Of a stretch of 55,008 nucleotides of DNA, positions 34,001 through 43,684 are shown in pieces. The notes under the pieces were generated by a model that worked only from the letters and a program-made list of their open reading frames with translations, was not told where the DNA came from and ran no database searches. The DNA is taken from the NCBI GenBank assembly GCA_035644415.1, contig DASQOP010000280.1, positions 1 to 55,008 on the forward strand, written 5' to 3'. Position 1 is the first letter of the stretch. Each line of letters opens with the position of its first letter. The DNA is from Burkholderiales bacterium. Its GTDB lineage: Bacteria; Pseudomonadota; Gammaproteobacteria; Burkholderiales; JACQAP01. The position numbers were made by a program, and so were the translations under genes.

Positions 34001-35154
34001 CACTGCAAAGGTTGAGTCCGTCCCTCTTGCCCCTGCTAACCGGCGCGTTGAAGGCGGGAGGAGCCACCACGGGCGCGGGCGGAGTGAATCTGGCGGGTCT
34101 GAACATACAGAATCTCTCGAAGCTCGGGCAGTTCTTCGGCATCTACGGCAAGGGAGTCACGTCGGCCGGCAGCATCCTGACCTCCCCGGCAGCGGGCACG
34201 CTGGCGCTAATGGCAGGCATGGGACTGGCCAGCAAAGGGTTGCAGCAGCACTACGCACCCGCGACGGTGGCGGGCGGCGCGCTGGCGGGCGCGGGGATGT
34301 TTCTGACCAATCCGAGTATGATCGCGCGCGCCAGTGAGATGCCCGGCGGGGTCGGCCTTGGCATCGGCGCGGCGGCGGCGACCGGCGCAGGCCTGGGGTT
34401 GTTCGCCAGCGGGTTCCAGCGCGGCGGCGGCACTGGCCTCGCAATGGATATCGGCGGCGGCGCACTGGCGGGCGCGGGCATCGGCACCATGATCCTGCCC
34501 GGACTCGGCACCGCCATCGGCGCGGCTATCGGAGCCGGGGTGGGCGCGATCACAGGCATTGTGCGCCTGTTCGTGCATACCGAGCAAGAGCGGATCCGCA
34601 CCGGCATCAAGCAGGTCTACGGCATCGACATCTCCAACCGCCAGATCCTCACCCAGATCCAGCAGATCGTGGATCAGAAGTACGGCGGCAGCGTGACGAT
34701 CGGTATCCGGTCCCAGGACGTGCAAGACATCGTGCGGCTGTATGCCCTCTCGACCGGGCAAGCGGCGAACCTGCCGCGGCCCATGTATGCCGCCACCATC
34801 GCGCAGTCGCAGGCGGGAGGCCTCGCCACCCAGCCGGTCTATCAGGGCGGCGTGCTGGTGCAGAATCCCTACACCGGCCCGACCACCTACCAATACCAGA
34901 CCGCCGTCACCGCCGCGCAGGGGCTGATGGCGGGCACCAGCCAGGGCGTGCCGGGAGCCGGCGGGCAGGTGAGCAGTATTTTCATGCAGCTGAATCCGCA
35001 GCAGGCCAACGATCTATTCACGGGCCGGGTGGTACAGGCGGTGCAGCAGAACCCCGCGGCGGTTGCTTCCGCCAACGCTTCCGCCACCCGGGCGGGAGAC
35101 AGCCGGGTGTCGCAAGCCTCGAACATGTTGGAGCCGTTGACGAGTTTAAGTTGA
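30994..35154 (+). CDS. tape measure protein with an internal SLT lytic transglycosylase domain
   Basis: 1386 aa, helical N-terminal half, Gly/Ala-rich hydrophobic C-terminal segments; ..AQAESSMRPGAVSSAGAMGLMQLMPGTAREHGV..AAYNMG.. (about 33430-33690) is an SLT catalytic motif. Confidence 0.9.
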   Translation: MASNTIYLQVDFNSETAQQNVNALNQSIATTGPTAEKSSKQATAGFQSIGVSIQSVNREFSQLTSALAGLGIARVIAGMVQMSAELSRTQLAMQSFTGSAAEANKVFEQVRAIAATSPFRFKDLEETARQLLGFGMAAKNVPDTLRVITDQVGRMGGSIENVNNVVRLFGRIMEKDFVGAMDLMRALPQQGVQVMTALREAMSKQLGRAIDVEGVRDAIKEGILDPLQTIRVVLDSMRKAGGFGASLADAALAFKNMADAAQNAVSQLFGPQGFGPALRKLGTEIGNLLAPLGGLLDYLMKLPDPTKLVILQVLAGAAAVAALGTALAIVTSLASPLLSLTAAIFKFTVGLATMNPQLAITVVLLGTLAFAAYKLIPQFQGMVDTLVGGVAGKIKTALTGLAEQGKKFMAGIFKGGGQIEPGDILDTAKLFEKLRLEEQKHADAAQRSLLEALASPVEAVRLKYATLFSELEEKIKLLPQAQQQALRAILVGAEVTETAGAKFKEQKKQEDEFTRYQVERAKGAADAQVAYIEAQDAQDLRSKVRNIDRITQIRMDAAKQVADIENNNLEDQFHRFEKMANDYRKQFAAAGVDVDKMIEAHRKETDDKEAAVTRKQFDEGQKYRLEGWKKANDLIIEDQKRVYDAFKDQFSQLFDVFTDKTKSLGQALGDFFKKLVLGEAKELFASQLAGVATAAAGYGQPQESLGRGGQGILGTLLRRGMPPRPPLPPPDVQQINATQSDISFPVASAFQNSTHSYEIATNAYSDATIRFAEAVNNFAGATVQHEGSADRMADTTTTMKEAFQTASGATGVPQTLLRAVAQAESSMRPGAVSSAGAMGLMQLMPGTAREHGVTDVFNVGQNVMGGAQHLQEMLTRYHGNVPLALAAYNMGAHALDQRLASGRALPAETKAYVARITQLMAAAPEAAGGGGADLLPGGEDARYLAATGGGGAPAVTMAQLAALPQRAQPLFLPGVPSFQAEGAGAVTGPSVAELANLPMGLTALQRLSPSLLPLLTGALKAGGATTGAGGVNLAGLNIQNLSKLGQFFGIYGKGVTSAGSILTSPAAGTLALMAGMGLASKGLQQHYAPATVAGGALAGAGMFLTNPSMIARASEMPGGVGLGIGAAAATGAGLGLFASGFQRGGGTGLAMDIGGGALAGAGIGTMILPGLGTAIGAAIGAGVGAITGIVRLFVHTEQERIRTGIKQVYGIDISNRQILTQIQQIVDQKYGGSVTIGIRSQDVQDIVRLYALSTGQAANLPRPMYAATIAQSQAGGLATQPVYQGGVLVQNPYTGPTTYQYQTAVTAAQGLMAGTSQGVPGAGGQVSSIFMQLNPQQANDLFTGRVVQAVQQNPAAVASANASATRAGDSRVSQASNMLEPLTSLS

Positions 35155-35171
35155 GAAGGAGAAGCACCTAA

Positions 35172-35384
35172 GTGAAACCAACAATCGGCAGAATCGTGCT
35201 GTATAACCATCCGGGTAGCGCGGACGGCAGGTACCCGCCAACGCAATCCCCGGCCATCATTCAAAACGTTGCTGAAGACGGAACGGTACGTTTGTTCGTC
35301 TTCGGTCCCAAAGGCCAGCACATGGATGACGGACTGACGCAAGGCGACGGGCCTTGTCAGTGGAATTGGCCACCGAGAGTGTAG
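35172..35384 (+). CDS. hypothetical small protein
   Basis: GTG ORF, 70 aa, between the tape measure and distal tail genes. Confidence 0.5.
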   Translation: MKPTIGRIVLYNHPGSADGRYPPTQSPAIIQNVAEDGTVRLFVFGPKGQHMDDGLTQGDGPCQWNWPPRV

Positions 35385-35385
35385 G

Positions 35386-35781
35386 GTGCCGCAGAATCTC
35401 AATTCCGCCAACCCGCAGGGTGTGATGCCGAAGCAGCTGTGCCGGTCCTTTCAGGAGGAGTTGCGCCTGGAAGCGCTGCTGAACCAATACGCGGACGGCA
35501 GTAGCGACCGCAATGCGCTGGCACAGAACGTGCGGCACTTCTTCCGCTTGGTGCCCGGGGTGAACGGCGCCGACTGGGCCGCCCTGTGGCAGTTCTATAT
35601 CCAGCACCAGGGTCCGGCTTTCTATTTTTACAACCTGCGCGAAACCGTGCCGCCGTTTAGCTACGACCCCAGCGGGCAAAACACCATCGGCCGCTACACG
35701 GTGGTCTTCGACGGCCAATGGTCGGACACCTACAACGTCGCGCGCACGGACGTCGCCCTGCAGCTGCGCGAGGTGGCCTGA
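35386..35781 (+). CDS. minor/distal tail protein (positional)
   Basis: 131 aa; ..RHFFRLV..ADWAALWQFY..HQGPAFYFYN.. pattern resembles small distal-tail proteins of GTA-like tails. Confidence 0.5.
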   Translation: MPQNLNSANPQGVMPKQLCRSFQEELRLEALLNQYADGSSDRNALAQNVRHFFRLVPGVNGADWAALWQFYIQHQGPAFYFYNLRETVPPFSYDPSGQNTIGRYTVVFDGQWSDTYNVARTDVALQLREVA

Positions 35782-38700
35782 TGGTCCGGGTCGAAGTCAG
35801 AGACAGCCTGGGGCCAGTGCCCATACCAAGCCCTCCGGTAATTTCCGCCTTCCCTCTTCGGCCCGACTTCGGCGGCGGCATCGACTACAATCCGGCGGTC
35901 GTGGTCCACACCTTCGATCAGCCAGGCCTGAAGACGGAGCAGCGGTTCCTGCTGACGCCGATGGGCGCGCGGCGCTTCAAGTTCGCCAAACACCATCTGT
36001 CGTGCCGGGAGTACGACGACCTCAAAGCCCACTTCGAGCAGGCGCAGGGCAGCTATGCGCAGTTCCCCTACACGGTGTGGGAGCCGGGGCCGGGGCACGG
36101 CGTGCCGCGTCCAACGCAGCCGGTGTATGCCACCGAGACAGTCACAGCCCGCTACGAGAATCCGAATCTGACCTTCGACTACATGGTGGCGCTGTTGATG
36201 AACGGCCCCGGCCTGAGCTTTCTCGAAGTCCCGCAGACCACCCCGCAATATTATTCGGCGCAGCGGTTGACCCGATTCCCCGACGCGACCTTGACCGCCG
36301 CCTTGCAAGTCCAGTTTCAGCAGATCATTCCGCTGATCACGGTGGTGCCGCGTTCGAATCCAACCGCGGCGGTTTATCTTTCCAACCAGCACTTCGCGCT
36401 CGACAGCCAGTCCTACCTGCCCAGGCTGCTCGACTGGTCCGGGATCTCGCAGAGTATCGGCGAAAATTCCGATTCCGCCAGCTTCACCTTCGGCAACGCA
36501 GACGGGGTGTGGCAGACCTACGTCAATCAGGTCAATCTGTACGCGGCTTCGGTTCAGGTCAGCCTCTACCATGTGGGGAGCCGCTACATCCTGGACCTCT
36601 GGAAGGGTGCGCTGTTGAATTGGGGCTTCGACACCAGCGGGCGCTTCCAGGTGAACGCCGCCGACGGCGTGTTCAATCTGAGTCTGGCCTACCCGTCGCG
36701 CAAGATTCTGCGCACCTGCTGGAAGGTGTACAAAGGCCGCTGGTGCCCATCGACCGCGGATCCGGGGACTTTCCCCGACTGTCCAAAGGACTACGACAGC
36801 TGCGTGGCGCGCGGCGTGCCGCATTCCTTCGGCGGGCTGGTGGTGCCGCCGCAGAGCGTGCATATCAAGGACAACTCGACCGGCGTGTTCGGCTTTGGCC
36901 GGTCCAGCATGACCTCGGTGACGGTGACGCAGGATACCGTCTACCAGCGTCCCTTGCAGGAGATATTCACCGACACGCCGATGAACGTAACCGTGGACGT
37001 GGCGGCCGGCCGCGACGAGAGTGACTTCTATGCGGCGCTGGGCATTGTGGGCGAAGGCCCGATCTCGGCGTACAACGGCAACCTGATCTTGCAGACGCTG
37101 GACGGCCAGCCGCCGCAGGACCCCTTGCGCTTCAGCGGTTGGCGCGCCTTCACCGGCACCGATCCTTCGGGGCCATACGACTTCGTCGGCATCAGCCAGG
37201 CCAATCCGCTCACCGGCAAGTGGGCCAACCCGGACGGTTCTCCGTATGTCCCGGTTGGCTCCACGTATGCGGGCGGGATCGCCCTGGCGGAGATCCGCCG
37301 CACCGACCAGAAGGGCTTGCAGCTCGCGCCCGTGGCCGACCGCGCCATGACGGTGAATGTGACAGGCGGAATCGGCGGCTGGGTGTGGAATGGGCCGGGG
37401 CAGCGCACCTGGTTGAACTCGCTGCACAACGCGGTGTGGGTGGCGGTGAACGTGTATCTGCGCGGCATCGGGCTGCGCGTCGATCCGAGCAATGCCGCCC
37501 AAGTGCCCCCCTCGGTCATGGAGCAGTATGTGGACGTGGATCAGGCCGGGATCGCGGCGGCGATCTGCGACACCATGGTGCCCAAGATCATCGGCGCGGG
37601 GAACGAATTGCAATTCCCTTTCCGTGGCGTGCTCAAAGAGCAGAAGCCGCTGCGCGACTGGCTGCGCGAAATTCTGAACTGCTGCCTGGGCTACTTCACC
37701 TTCGTCAACGGCAAGCTCTGGATCGGCATCCGCTCCAACTCAAGTGTGCTCGCGGGCAATGCCTTCACGCGAGCGAGCGTGCTTTTTAAGAGCCTGACCG
37801 CTTCGCCCTTGCAGCCGCAGTTCAACTGGCTGGTGGGAAATTTCGGGGACGAGGAGTTCGGCTGGCAGCTGAATAATGTCACCATCTACGACATCGACCA
37901 CGCCAGCTTCCTGGGCACGCCCGACTCGCCCCAGTACCTCACCAACACCGTGAGCTTCGCGGGCGTCAGCAACAAGAGCCAGTGCGCCCGCGTCATCATC
38001 ACCAAGCTGCGCGAGGAGATTGGCGGTCTGAAGAGTGGCAGCGGCCCGCACGGGACCGGCTCCGGCATCGACGAGCAGATGAATGCGCGCAACTTCCAGT
38101 TCCGCACCACGGTGCTGGCGCTTGGGACGCTGGTGGGCGATATCGTCTCCATAGCCCACGACACCATGCCCAATAGCGGCTATGCCGAGGGCCGGGTGGC
38201 TAAGTGGACCCTAAACCCGGATTTGTCCATCGATATGCAGGCAACCTCGACCACCGAGGATATGTACGATCTGGTGGTCGGTCCCAAACCGGAGGACGTA
38301 TCCGCGCCCATGGTGCCGCCCGAGGTGCTGCAAGCGGCCACCGGCCTGGCGTGGATGCCCAACGAGGTGGCGCCCTCGGCCGGCGATCCGGTCTATCCGC
38401 CGTGGGAGCGCACCTTCGATCTCTGGCAGGAATACGAGATTTCGCGCGACGCGGTGTGGGAGCCGACCATCTGGGTGCAAGGCGAGATGGCGATCAATCA
38501 GTTCGCCATTCTGAAGCAGCCGCGCATCCTGGAAATTGAGGTCCAAAGCGGCGGCAACCTGACCGGCCCGCTGACGGTTTACGCGGCGGTCACCCAGAAG
38601 AACGCGGGCGGGGAGCCGGCTGTGCCGTCGAATCTGACGGCCATCTACATCCCCACCGGAATGAGCAATCAGAAGGTGACGCTTACGGTGGTGCCCGCCG

Positions 38701-39863
38701 TCGACGCCACCCTGACGGACTACGACGTCTGGGCCGGCCTTGACCGGCGGCGGATGGCCTGGCAATTCGGCGGCAGCGGCCAACCGCCCGGAACGATCGA
38801 CATCCCCGGTCCCATCCACGACATGACCAGAGGCCTGCCCGAGGGCGCCGCGGTGGGTGTGCGGATCGCCGCCAAGCACGTCTGGCACGCCGGGGTGGCG
38901 GGCCTGCTGGTCAACGGGGTCACCTCGCCCAACAAGATCCTGTGCAACGACTTCCTCCACTCGACCGATGACTGGGTCGGCCAGATGGTGTTCGTGTGCT
39001 CCAACAAGGACGGGCAGGTGCCGCTCTGGAACTTTGAGATCACGGCATTCGACCCGGCGACCGGCGTACTTACAGTGAGCCCCGATTGCGCGACCGCCGA
39101 TCCCACCCAGTCCGTGCAGCAGGGCGATGTGCTGATCGTCTACGCGCGGCCGACCTCCGCCGACGCCAACAGCATCAGCAACTCCCTGTGGGATAACAGC
39201 GTCAACCGCCAGCAGTTTCCGGGGACCGCCGGCATGACTCCCGGCGAAGAGAAGGGCAGGATCGTCCGCATCCTGCGCAATACGGGCGCGGGGCAATGGC
39301 GCTTCGTCACCGACAATACCGCGCTCTCCCATTCGATCTCTCCTCCGTGGGATGTGATCCCCGACAGCACCTCGCTCTATATCGTCGAGGCCGCCGACTG
39401 GCCCAGCATCAGCCCGACCAACCAGCTGATCGTTTCGCACTCCGGCATCTCTACCGCGCTGCACCTGCAGGTGCCTAATCTGACCGACGAGGTGGCGCTG
39501 GTGGGAGGCTTCCTGGTGGACACGGAGGGCCGGCAAACCGACGATAGCGTGGCCGCCTTCCGCATGATCTTTGTGTTCGGCCAGCCGCCCACGGTGCGTG
39601 TGGTGGGGCCTGACCGCGGCCCCTTCGATGTCGCCGTGACCGACCAGACCATCCGCGCGGATACCTCGCAGAACGACGTCACTGTCAACCTGCCGCCTCT
39701 CGCCGTGCTCCAAGGGCGCAGCCTGCTGTTCGTGACGGACGGGCCGAATACCACCATGATCAACACCTCGCCTCCGGATAAGTTCCCGGACGGCTCCGTG
39801 CGGATCGCGCTTGGGGCTGGAGCCACCGTTCGTATCACCGCAGGAGGGATTTACACCACATGA
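35781..39863 (+). CDS. tail tip: distal-tail/hub/host-specificity fusion protein
   Basis: 1360 aa from ATG 35781 (overlaps the upstream TGA); the N-terminus and the ..CWKVYKGRWCPS....CPKDYDSCVARGVPHSFGG.. Cys motif resemble GTA-type g12/g13 (DUF2460 / DUF2163-BR0599-like) proteins, from memory. Confidence 0.75.
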   Translation: MVRVEVRDSLGPVPIPSPPVISAFPLRPDFGGGIDYNPAVVVHTFDQPGLKTEQRFLLTPMGARRFKFAKHHLSCREYDDLKAHFEQAQGSYAQFPYTVWEPGPGHGVPRPTQPVYATETVTARYENPNLTFDYMVALLMNGPGLSFLEVPQTTPQYYSAQRLTRFPDATLTAALQVQFQQIIPLITVVPRSNPTAAVYLSNQHFALDSQSYLPRLLDWSGISQSIGENSDSASFTFGNADGVWQTYVNQVNLYAASVQVSLYHVGSRYILDLWKGALLNWGFDTSGRFQVNAADGVFNLSLAYPSRKILRTCWKVYKGRWCPSTADPGTFPDCPKDYDSCVARGVPHSFGGLVVPPQSVHIKDNSTGVFGFGRSSMTSVTVTQDTVYQRPLQEIFTDTPMNVTVDVAAGRDESDFYAALGIVGEGPISAYNGNLILQTLDGQPPQDPLRFSGWRAFTGTDPSGPYDFVGISQANPLTGKWANPDGSPYVPVGSTYAGGIALAEIRRTDQKGLQLAPVADRAMTVNVTGGIGGWVWNGPGQRTWLNSLHNAVWVAVNVYLRGIGLRVDPSNAAQVPPSVMEQYVDVDQAGIAAAICDTMVPKIIGAGNELQFPFRGVLKEQKPLRDWLREILNCCLGYFTFVNGKLWIGIRSNSSVLAGNAFTRASVLFKSLTASPLQPQFNWLVGNFGDEEFGWQLNNVTIYDIDHASFLGTPDSPQYLTNTVSFAGVSNKSQCARVIITKLREEIGGLKSGSGPHGTGSGIDEQMNARNFQFRTTVLALGTLVGDIVSIAHDTMPNSGYAEGRVAKWTLNPDLSIDMQATSTTEDMYDLVVGPKPEDVSAPMVPPEVLQAATGLAWMPNEVAPSAGDPVYPPWERTFDLWQEYEISRDAVWEPTIWVQGEMAINQFAILKQPRILEIEVQSGGNLTGPLTVYAAVTQKNAGGEPAVPSNLTAIYIPTGMSNQKVTLTVVPAVDATLTDYDVWAGLDRRRMAWQFGGSGQPPGTIDIPGPIHDMTRGLPEGAAVGVRIAAKHVWHAGVAGLLVNGVTSPNKILCNDFLHSTDDWVGQMVFVCSNKDGQVPLWNFEITAFDPATGVLTVSPDCATADPTQSVQQGDVLIVYARPTSADANSISNSLWDNSVNRQQFPGTAGMTPGEEKGRIVRILRNTGAGQWRFVTDNTALSHSISPPWDVIPDSTSLYIVEAADWPSISPTNQLIVSHSGISTALHLQVPNLTDEVALVGGFLVDTEGRQTDDSVAAFRMIFVFGQPPTVRVVGPDRGPFDVAVTDQTIRADTSQNDVTVNLPPLAVLQGRSLLFVTDGPNTTMINTSPPDKFPDGSVRIALGAGATVRITAGGIYTT

Positions 39864-42800
39864 ACGGTCCCCTTCGGCCACTAAGGAACGCCCGCGTCTC
39901 GAGACCGCACGTGCCCAAGGCATCGCCTACTACCGGCTCCTGGATTGTGGAGACCGACGGGACCGGCAGCAGCGGGGGCTACATCCCACCGGATGCTCCA
40001 CCGGTCTCGGTCGGCATACCAGAAGTGAACCCGCTTTACGATGGCCGCTTCGAAGTGCGCGTTCCCTGGACGCCGGACCCGACCGCCGGCAGCGGCAACT
40101 TCCAGGGCGTCTCGGTCTACGTCGAAGACCCCGACATGAGCGAGACCACGACCGCGCCGATGGATGGCACGGTGCCGATGGACGGCACGATTCAAATGGC
40201 CGGCAAGTGGATTTGGCAGCACGTCACCGAAAACACTGAATCTCCGGCCGACTTGTTCGTAAACGGCAAGGTCAGCGATCGCTACATCCGGGTGTATTTG
40301 CAGGCTTACAACTTCGTCGTCAACTCCACGTTGATCCGGGCCAACAAGCCCAACGCCACTCCGAACGTGCGGGTTCCGATCCCGGCCGCGGCGGGCCACT
40401 ATGTGAGCGGCCAGGAATACGCCTGGCTGGTCTCGAATCCCATCGTCACCGTAATCGACAATTTCGATAACCCGGAAGACCCTACTTACAGCCTCGTGTT
40501 CTCGTTCATTGAACCGGACGACACCATTCCCCTGCCGCCCGGGTTGAAGCCCTACGCCGGGGTGCAGACGGTCTACGAGTACCCATCCCAGAACAACCGG
40601 CGCGCGCAGGCCCGTTTCCTGACGGCGCACAAGCCCGAGACCTGGATCTCGGACGAATACTACGCAACCACCATCACCTTCCTGGTGTGGTTCTGTTCGG
40701 TCGATTCCGAGGGCCACGTCAACACCATCGTGAAGGGCGTCACCCCGATGGTGCAGGTGTCGGTCACTTACCCGCCCGCAGGCCAGACCATTTCGCCCGA
40801 GGTCACCGGCCTTGCCATTGGGCCGACGACTTACCTGCCGACGCCCGACGGCTCCATCCTGGCGCAAGCGCAGCTCACCTGGACCAACCCGGCGACGTTG
40901 AACCGATTCAGCGGGATTCATATCTACCGCGTCGGGATCACGCCGCCGCGCAGCTTCGGAGTGGGCGGAAACAACGCCACCAGCTTTACCCTCGAAGCGC
41001 TCGACTGGCCACCCGTCACCGCGGAGAGCTGGACTATCGCCGCCATCTCGCTCGACGACAAGGGACGCCTCGCGGACGACCCTGCGTCGATCTCTGCGGC
41101 TACGCCGACGGCAATCTGGCACATCGGGCCGCCTTCCATTTCGAACGGCCAGTACGCGCCCGTGGTGGTCGCCACCGCGGCCACAGTAGTGGCGGAACAG
41201 CAACTCAATTCCGATGGCGTAGTGATGGTCCGCTTCGTCATCTCGGGGTGGGTGAACTCGACTGATAACAAATTCGGCGGCGTCTCCATCGCGCGGCTGC
41301 TGGCCAACGATTCCTTGACCACCGGCAAAACCACCTGGTGGGACGCTCCCAAAAATCAGACCTCCTTTACCACCGACTGGGAGCCCGCGCCCGCTGCGAC
41401 CTCCTGGGATTTCTGGTTTGTGTCGCGCGATCAGCAGGGTAACCGCAACCAGATCCTGCCGGGGATCACGCCCAAGGTGACGGTCAACTTCACCCCGCAA
41501 GCGGGCGACGTGCTGGCATCGCGCCTGCCCAAAGACTGGTTCGATACCTCGGAATTTCAATGGCCCGATGGTTTCGATTTTTCGGTCAAGCTGATTCACG
41601 CCGAGAAGATTTTTGTGGACAAGGTCCTGCGCGTCGGCGGCGGCACCGGCACGCTGGCGTCCTCCTTCGCCGGAAATCAGAATGGGCAAATCGGCGTCTT
41701 TAATTTTCAGAACACGCTGGTCGGATGGATCGGCCAGCAGGACGGCACGTCGACTGGCGACAATCCCACGCCGCACAGCATTTACGGCGCATGGTTCGCT
41801 CAGGTCTACATCGGCGGCGGCAACCCCACCACCGCGCCCATCTATATCAACGACCAGGGTGTGGCGATCTTCGGCGGCTTCGATACGCAGATTGCCAACG
41901 GCGCAACACGGTACCCGTACATCTCGATCCGGGACGCCTCCAACGTTGAGAAGGGCCGTATCGGAGCGCGGATTGGCGACGGTCTGGTGACGCCGGCCGA
42001 TCCGGCCTATATTGCGGGCGCGTGGTTCACCGAGTTCGCCGTCGGCGGTCAGTCGCTCGCCGACTGGCGCATCCTCGCCAAGCGCTCAGCCACCACGGAT
42101 CCGACCGAGGGCAGTCTGGTCCAGCTGCGGAACATCAATATGTTCCAGATCAATTACGTGCAGAACTACCACTACCCATCGGGCGGCAGCAATCATCCGA
42201 ACGCGGCCTACACTTTCCAACTCGGGTACGACGCCTATGTGACGGACGGAACCACTAGCGCCTATTCCAAATTCCCCGGCCTCACGCTGGTGCGCGATGG
42301 AACCTCGCACGGCATCAGCCTGATCAATCGCGGCCTGATCTGCTACATGCCAAACGGAGCGCGGGCGGCGGCGCTGGTGACCTACAACGGCGATCCCAAC
42401 GGCGGCGACGGCGGGCAGTTCTGGGCGGAAATGACTCTGTACTCGCAGGCGAATAGCGCGATCAACGTCGAGCTTTCCTCCGGGACCTCGGGAAGCGGCG
42501 CTTCGTTTTTCAAGCTCTGGGATGCGGGGAGCAACCTAAATTTCTCGGTAGATGGGGCGGGGACGGTGTTCTGCCGGAGCGGACTGACCTGCGCCAGCTT
42601 GACGGTCAACGGCGCTCTGACGGTTAACAGCCTGACCGTAAACTCGGCCATGATCGCACAGTCTTACAAGGTGGGCTCCACCGAGGTCATCACTGCGGGC
42701 GGGCAGTTCGATGGACCGGGCGGCGTCAACACGACCGGCGACATCCGCACGGGCGGGCAAGTGGTGGGCGCTTCCTTCTACCTGCCGGGAGGAAGCCAGC

Positions 42801-42997
42801 CGCTGATTACCAACGCGGGTGGGGGGCAGTGGAATGGAGCAGGCGGCGTTTACACCAACGGCGAAATCGAGAGCACATCGGTAGTGAAGTGCAGGACAGG
42901 CTTTTATGTGAACGGAGTAGGAGGGGCGAACGGATCTTTCGTGGCTGGCGCGAAAACGGTCACCGTGTCGGGTGGCATCATCACATCGATTGTTTAA
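39860..42997 (+). CDS. tail fibre / central fibre protein
   Basis: 1045 aa, ATGA overlap with the hub gene, beta-rich, Gly/Thr/Asn-rich C-terminus. Confidence 0.7.
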   Translation: MNGPLRPLRNARVSRPHVPKASPTTGSWIVETDGTGSSGGYIPPDAPPVSVGIPEVNPLYDGRFEVRVPWTPDPTAGSGNFQGVSVYVEDPDMSETTTAPMDGTVPMDGTIQMAGKWIWQHVTENTESPADLFVNGKVSDRYIRVYLQAYNFVVNSTLIRANKPNATPNVRVPIPAAAGHYVSGQEYAWLVSNPIVTVIDNFDNPEDPTYSLVFSFIEPDDTIPLPPGLKPYAGVQTVYEYPSQNNRRAQARFLTAHKPETWISDEYYATTITFLVWFCSVDSEGHVNTIVKGVTPMVQVSVTYPPAGQTISPEVTGLAIGPTTYLPTPDGSILAQAQLTWTNPATLNRFSGIHIYRVGITPPRSFGVGGNNATSFTLEALDWPPVTAESWTIAAISLDDKGRLADDPASISAATPTAIWHIGPPSISNGQYAPVVVATAATVVAEQQLNSDGVVMVRFVISGWVNSTDNKFGGVSIARLLANDSLTTGKTTWWDAPKNQTSFTTDWEPAPAATSWDFWFVSRDQQGNRNQILPGITPKVTVNFTPQAGDVLASRLPKDWFDTSEFQWPDGFDFSVKLIHAEKIFVDKVLRVGGGTGTLASSFAGNQNGQIGVFNFQNTLVGWIGQQDGTSTGDNPTPHSIYGAWFAQVYIGGGNPTTAPIYINDQGVAIFGGFDTQIANGATRYPYISIRDASNVEKGRIGARIGDGLVTPADPAYIAGAWFTEFAVGGQSLADWRILAKRSATTDPTEGSLVQLRNINMFQINYVQNYHYPSGGSNHPNAAYTFQLGYDAYVTDGTTSAYSKFPGLTLVRDGTSHGISLINRGLICYMPNGARAAALVTYNGDPNGGDGGQFWAEMTLYSQANSAINVELSSGTSGSGASFFKLWDAGSNLNFSVDGAGTVFCRSGLTCASLTVNGALTVNSLTVNSAMIAQSYKVGSTEVITAGGQFDGPGGVNTTGDIRTGGQVVGASFYLPGGSQPLITNAGGGQWNGAGGVYTNGEIESTSVVKCRTGFYVNGVGGANGSFVAGAKTVTVSGGIITSIV

Positions 42998-43011
42998 GGA
43001 AGAGGAGAAAC

Positions 43012-43404
43012 ATGGAACGAAGTTTTCGGTTACTGGATTACGAAGCGGAGCAACAAACGCGCATGGAGCAGGAGTTGCAGAACACGCTTGCCAACTATGG
43101 CGCTCTCACTCTGCAACTGGAAGCGGTCAAGGCCCGCATCCCGCAGGTCGAGGAACGGCAGCGGACCTTTGTGGGGCAGGTGGCGGCGCGGGCCAACGCG
43201 GGGCAGTTTCAGAGCGCCAGGATTGCGAACGGCCATCTGATCTGCACGGTGCCCGATGAGCCGATGGGGCTGCCGAACCCGGTGCCGGCGGGGCTACCAG
43301 TGCTGGATAGCGCGGGTGGCCCGGTGGCAGTTCCCGAACATCGTGCCGCCGAAGGCCGCAAGCCGCGCGTCAATGGGCCGGATCAGATAAGCGCAAAGGA
43401 GTAA
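43012..43404 (+). CDS. hypothetical coiled-coil protein
   Basis: AGGAAGAGGAG RBS; in-frame ATG of track ORF 42829..43404. Confidence 0.55.
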   Translation: MERSFRLLDYEAEQQTRMEQELQNTLANYGALTLQLEAVKARIPQVEERQRTFVGQVAARANAGQFQSARIANGHLICTVPDEPMGLPNPVPAGLPVLDSAGGPVAVPEHRAAEGRKPRVNGPDQISAKE

Positions 43405-43408
43405 GTCG

Positions 43409-43678
43409 ATGGCTTCCGATTGCAGCGATGTTATCCGGCGGACGATAGAAGTCATCGGCAACCGGCGCGAAGCAATGCAATGGCTGGGCACGCCGGTTCG
43501 CGCCCTCGGGTACGCCACGCCGATTGCGCGACTGGCAAGCGAGGCCGGAACAGAAGAAGTCCTGAATCTGCTGACCGCACTGGAGCATGGCGTTCTGGAG
43601 CCCGTGGGCATTACGGGCACGGTGGGCGTTATCACACTCGTGGGCGGAATCGTCGTTGAATATCGGCTGAAGGAGTAG
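43409..43678 (+). CDS. DUF2384 (MbcA/ParS/Xre-antitoxin C-terminal domain)-like protein
   Basis: ..IGNRREAMQWLGTPVRALGYATPIARLASEAGTEEVLNLLTALEHGV.. matches the antitoxin toxin-binding domain consensus as I recall it; no RES/toxin partner is adjacent. Confidence 0.6.
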   Translation: MASDCSDVIRRTIEVIGNRREAMQWLGTPVRALGYATPIARLASEAGTEEVLNLLTALEHGVLEPVGITGTVGVITLVGGIVVEYRLKE

Positions 43679-43684
43679 ATCACC

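Noticed and set aside
35730-41776. Very long antisense ORFs 35730..37613, 38211..39923 and 39881..41776 (-), plus 22340..23311, 21180..22085, 30910..31929, 33040..33672 and similar
   Set aside because: These are typical high-GC antisense or out-of-frame ORFs: Arg/Gly/His/Pro-rich and low-complexity. They lie opposite genes with strong family signatures or a coherent operon structure.
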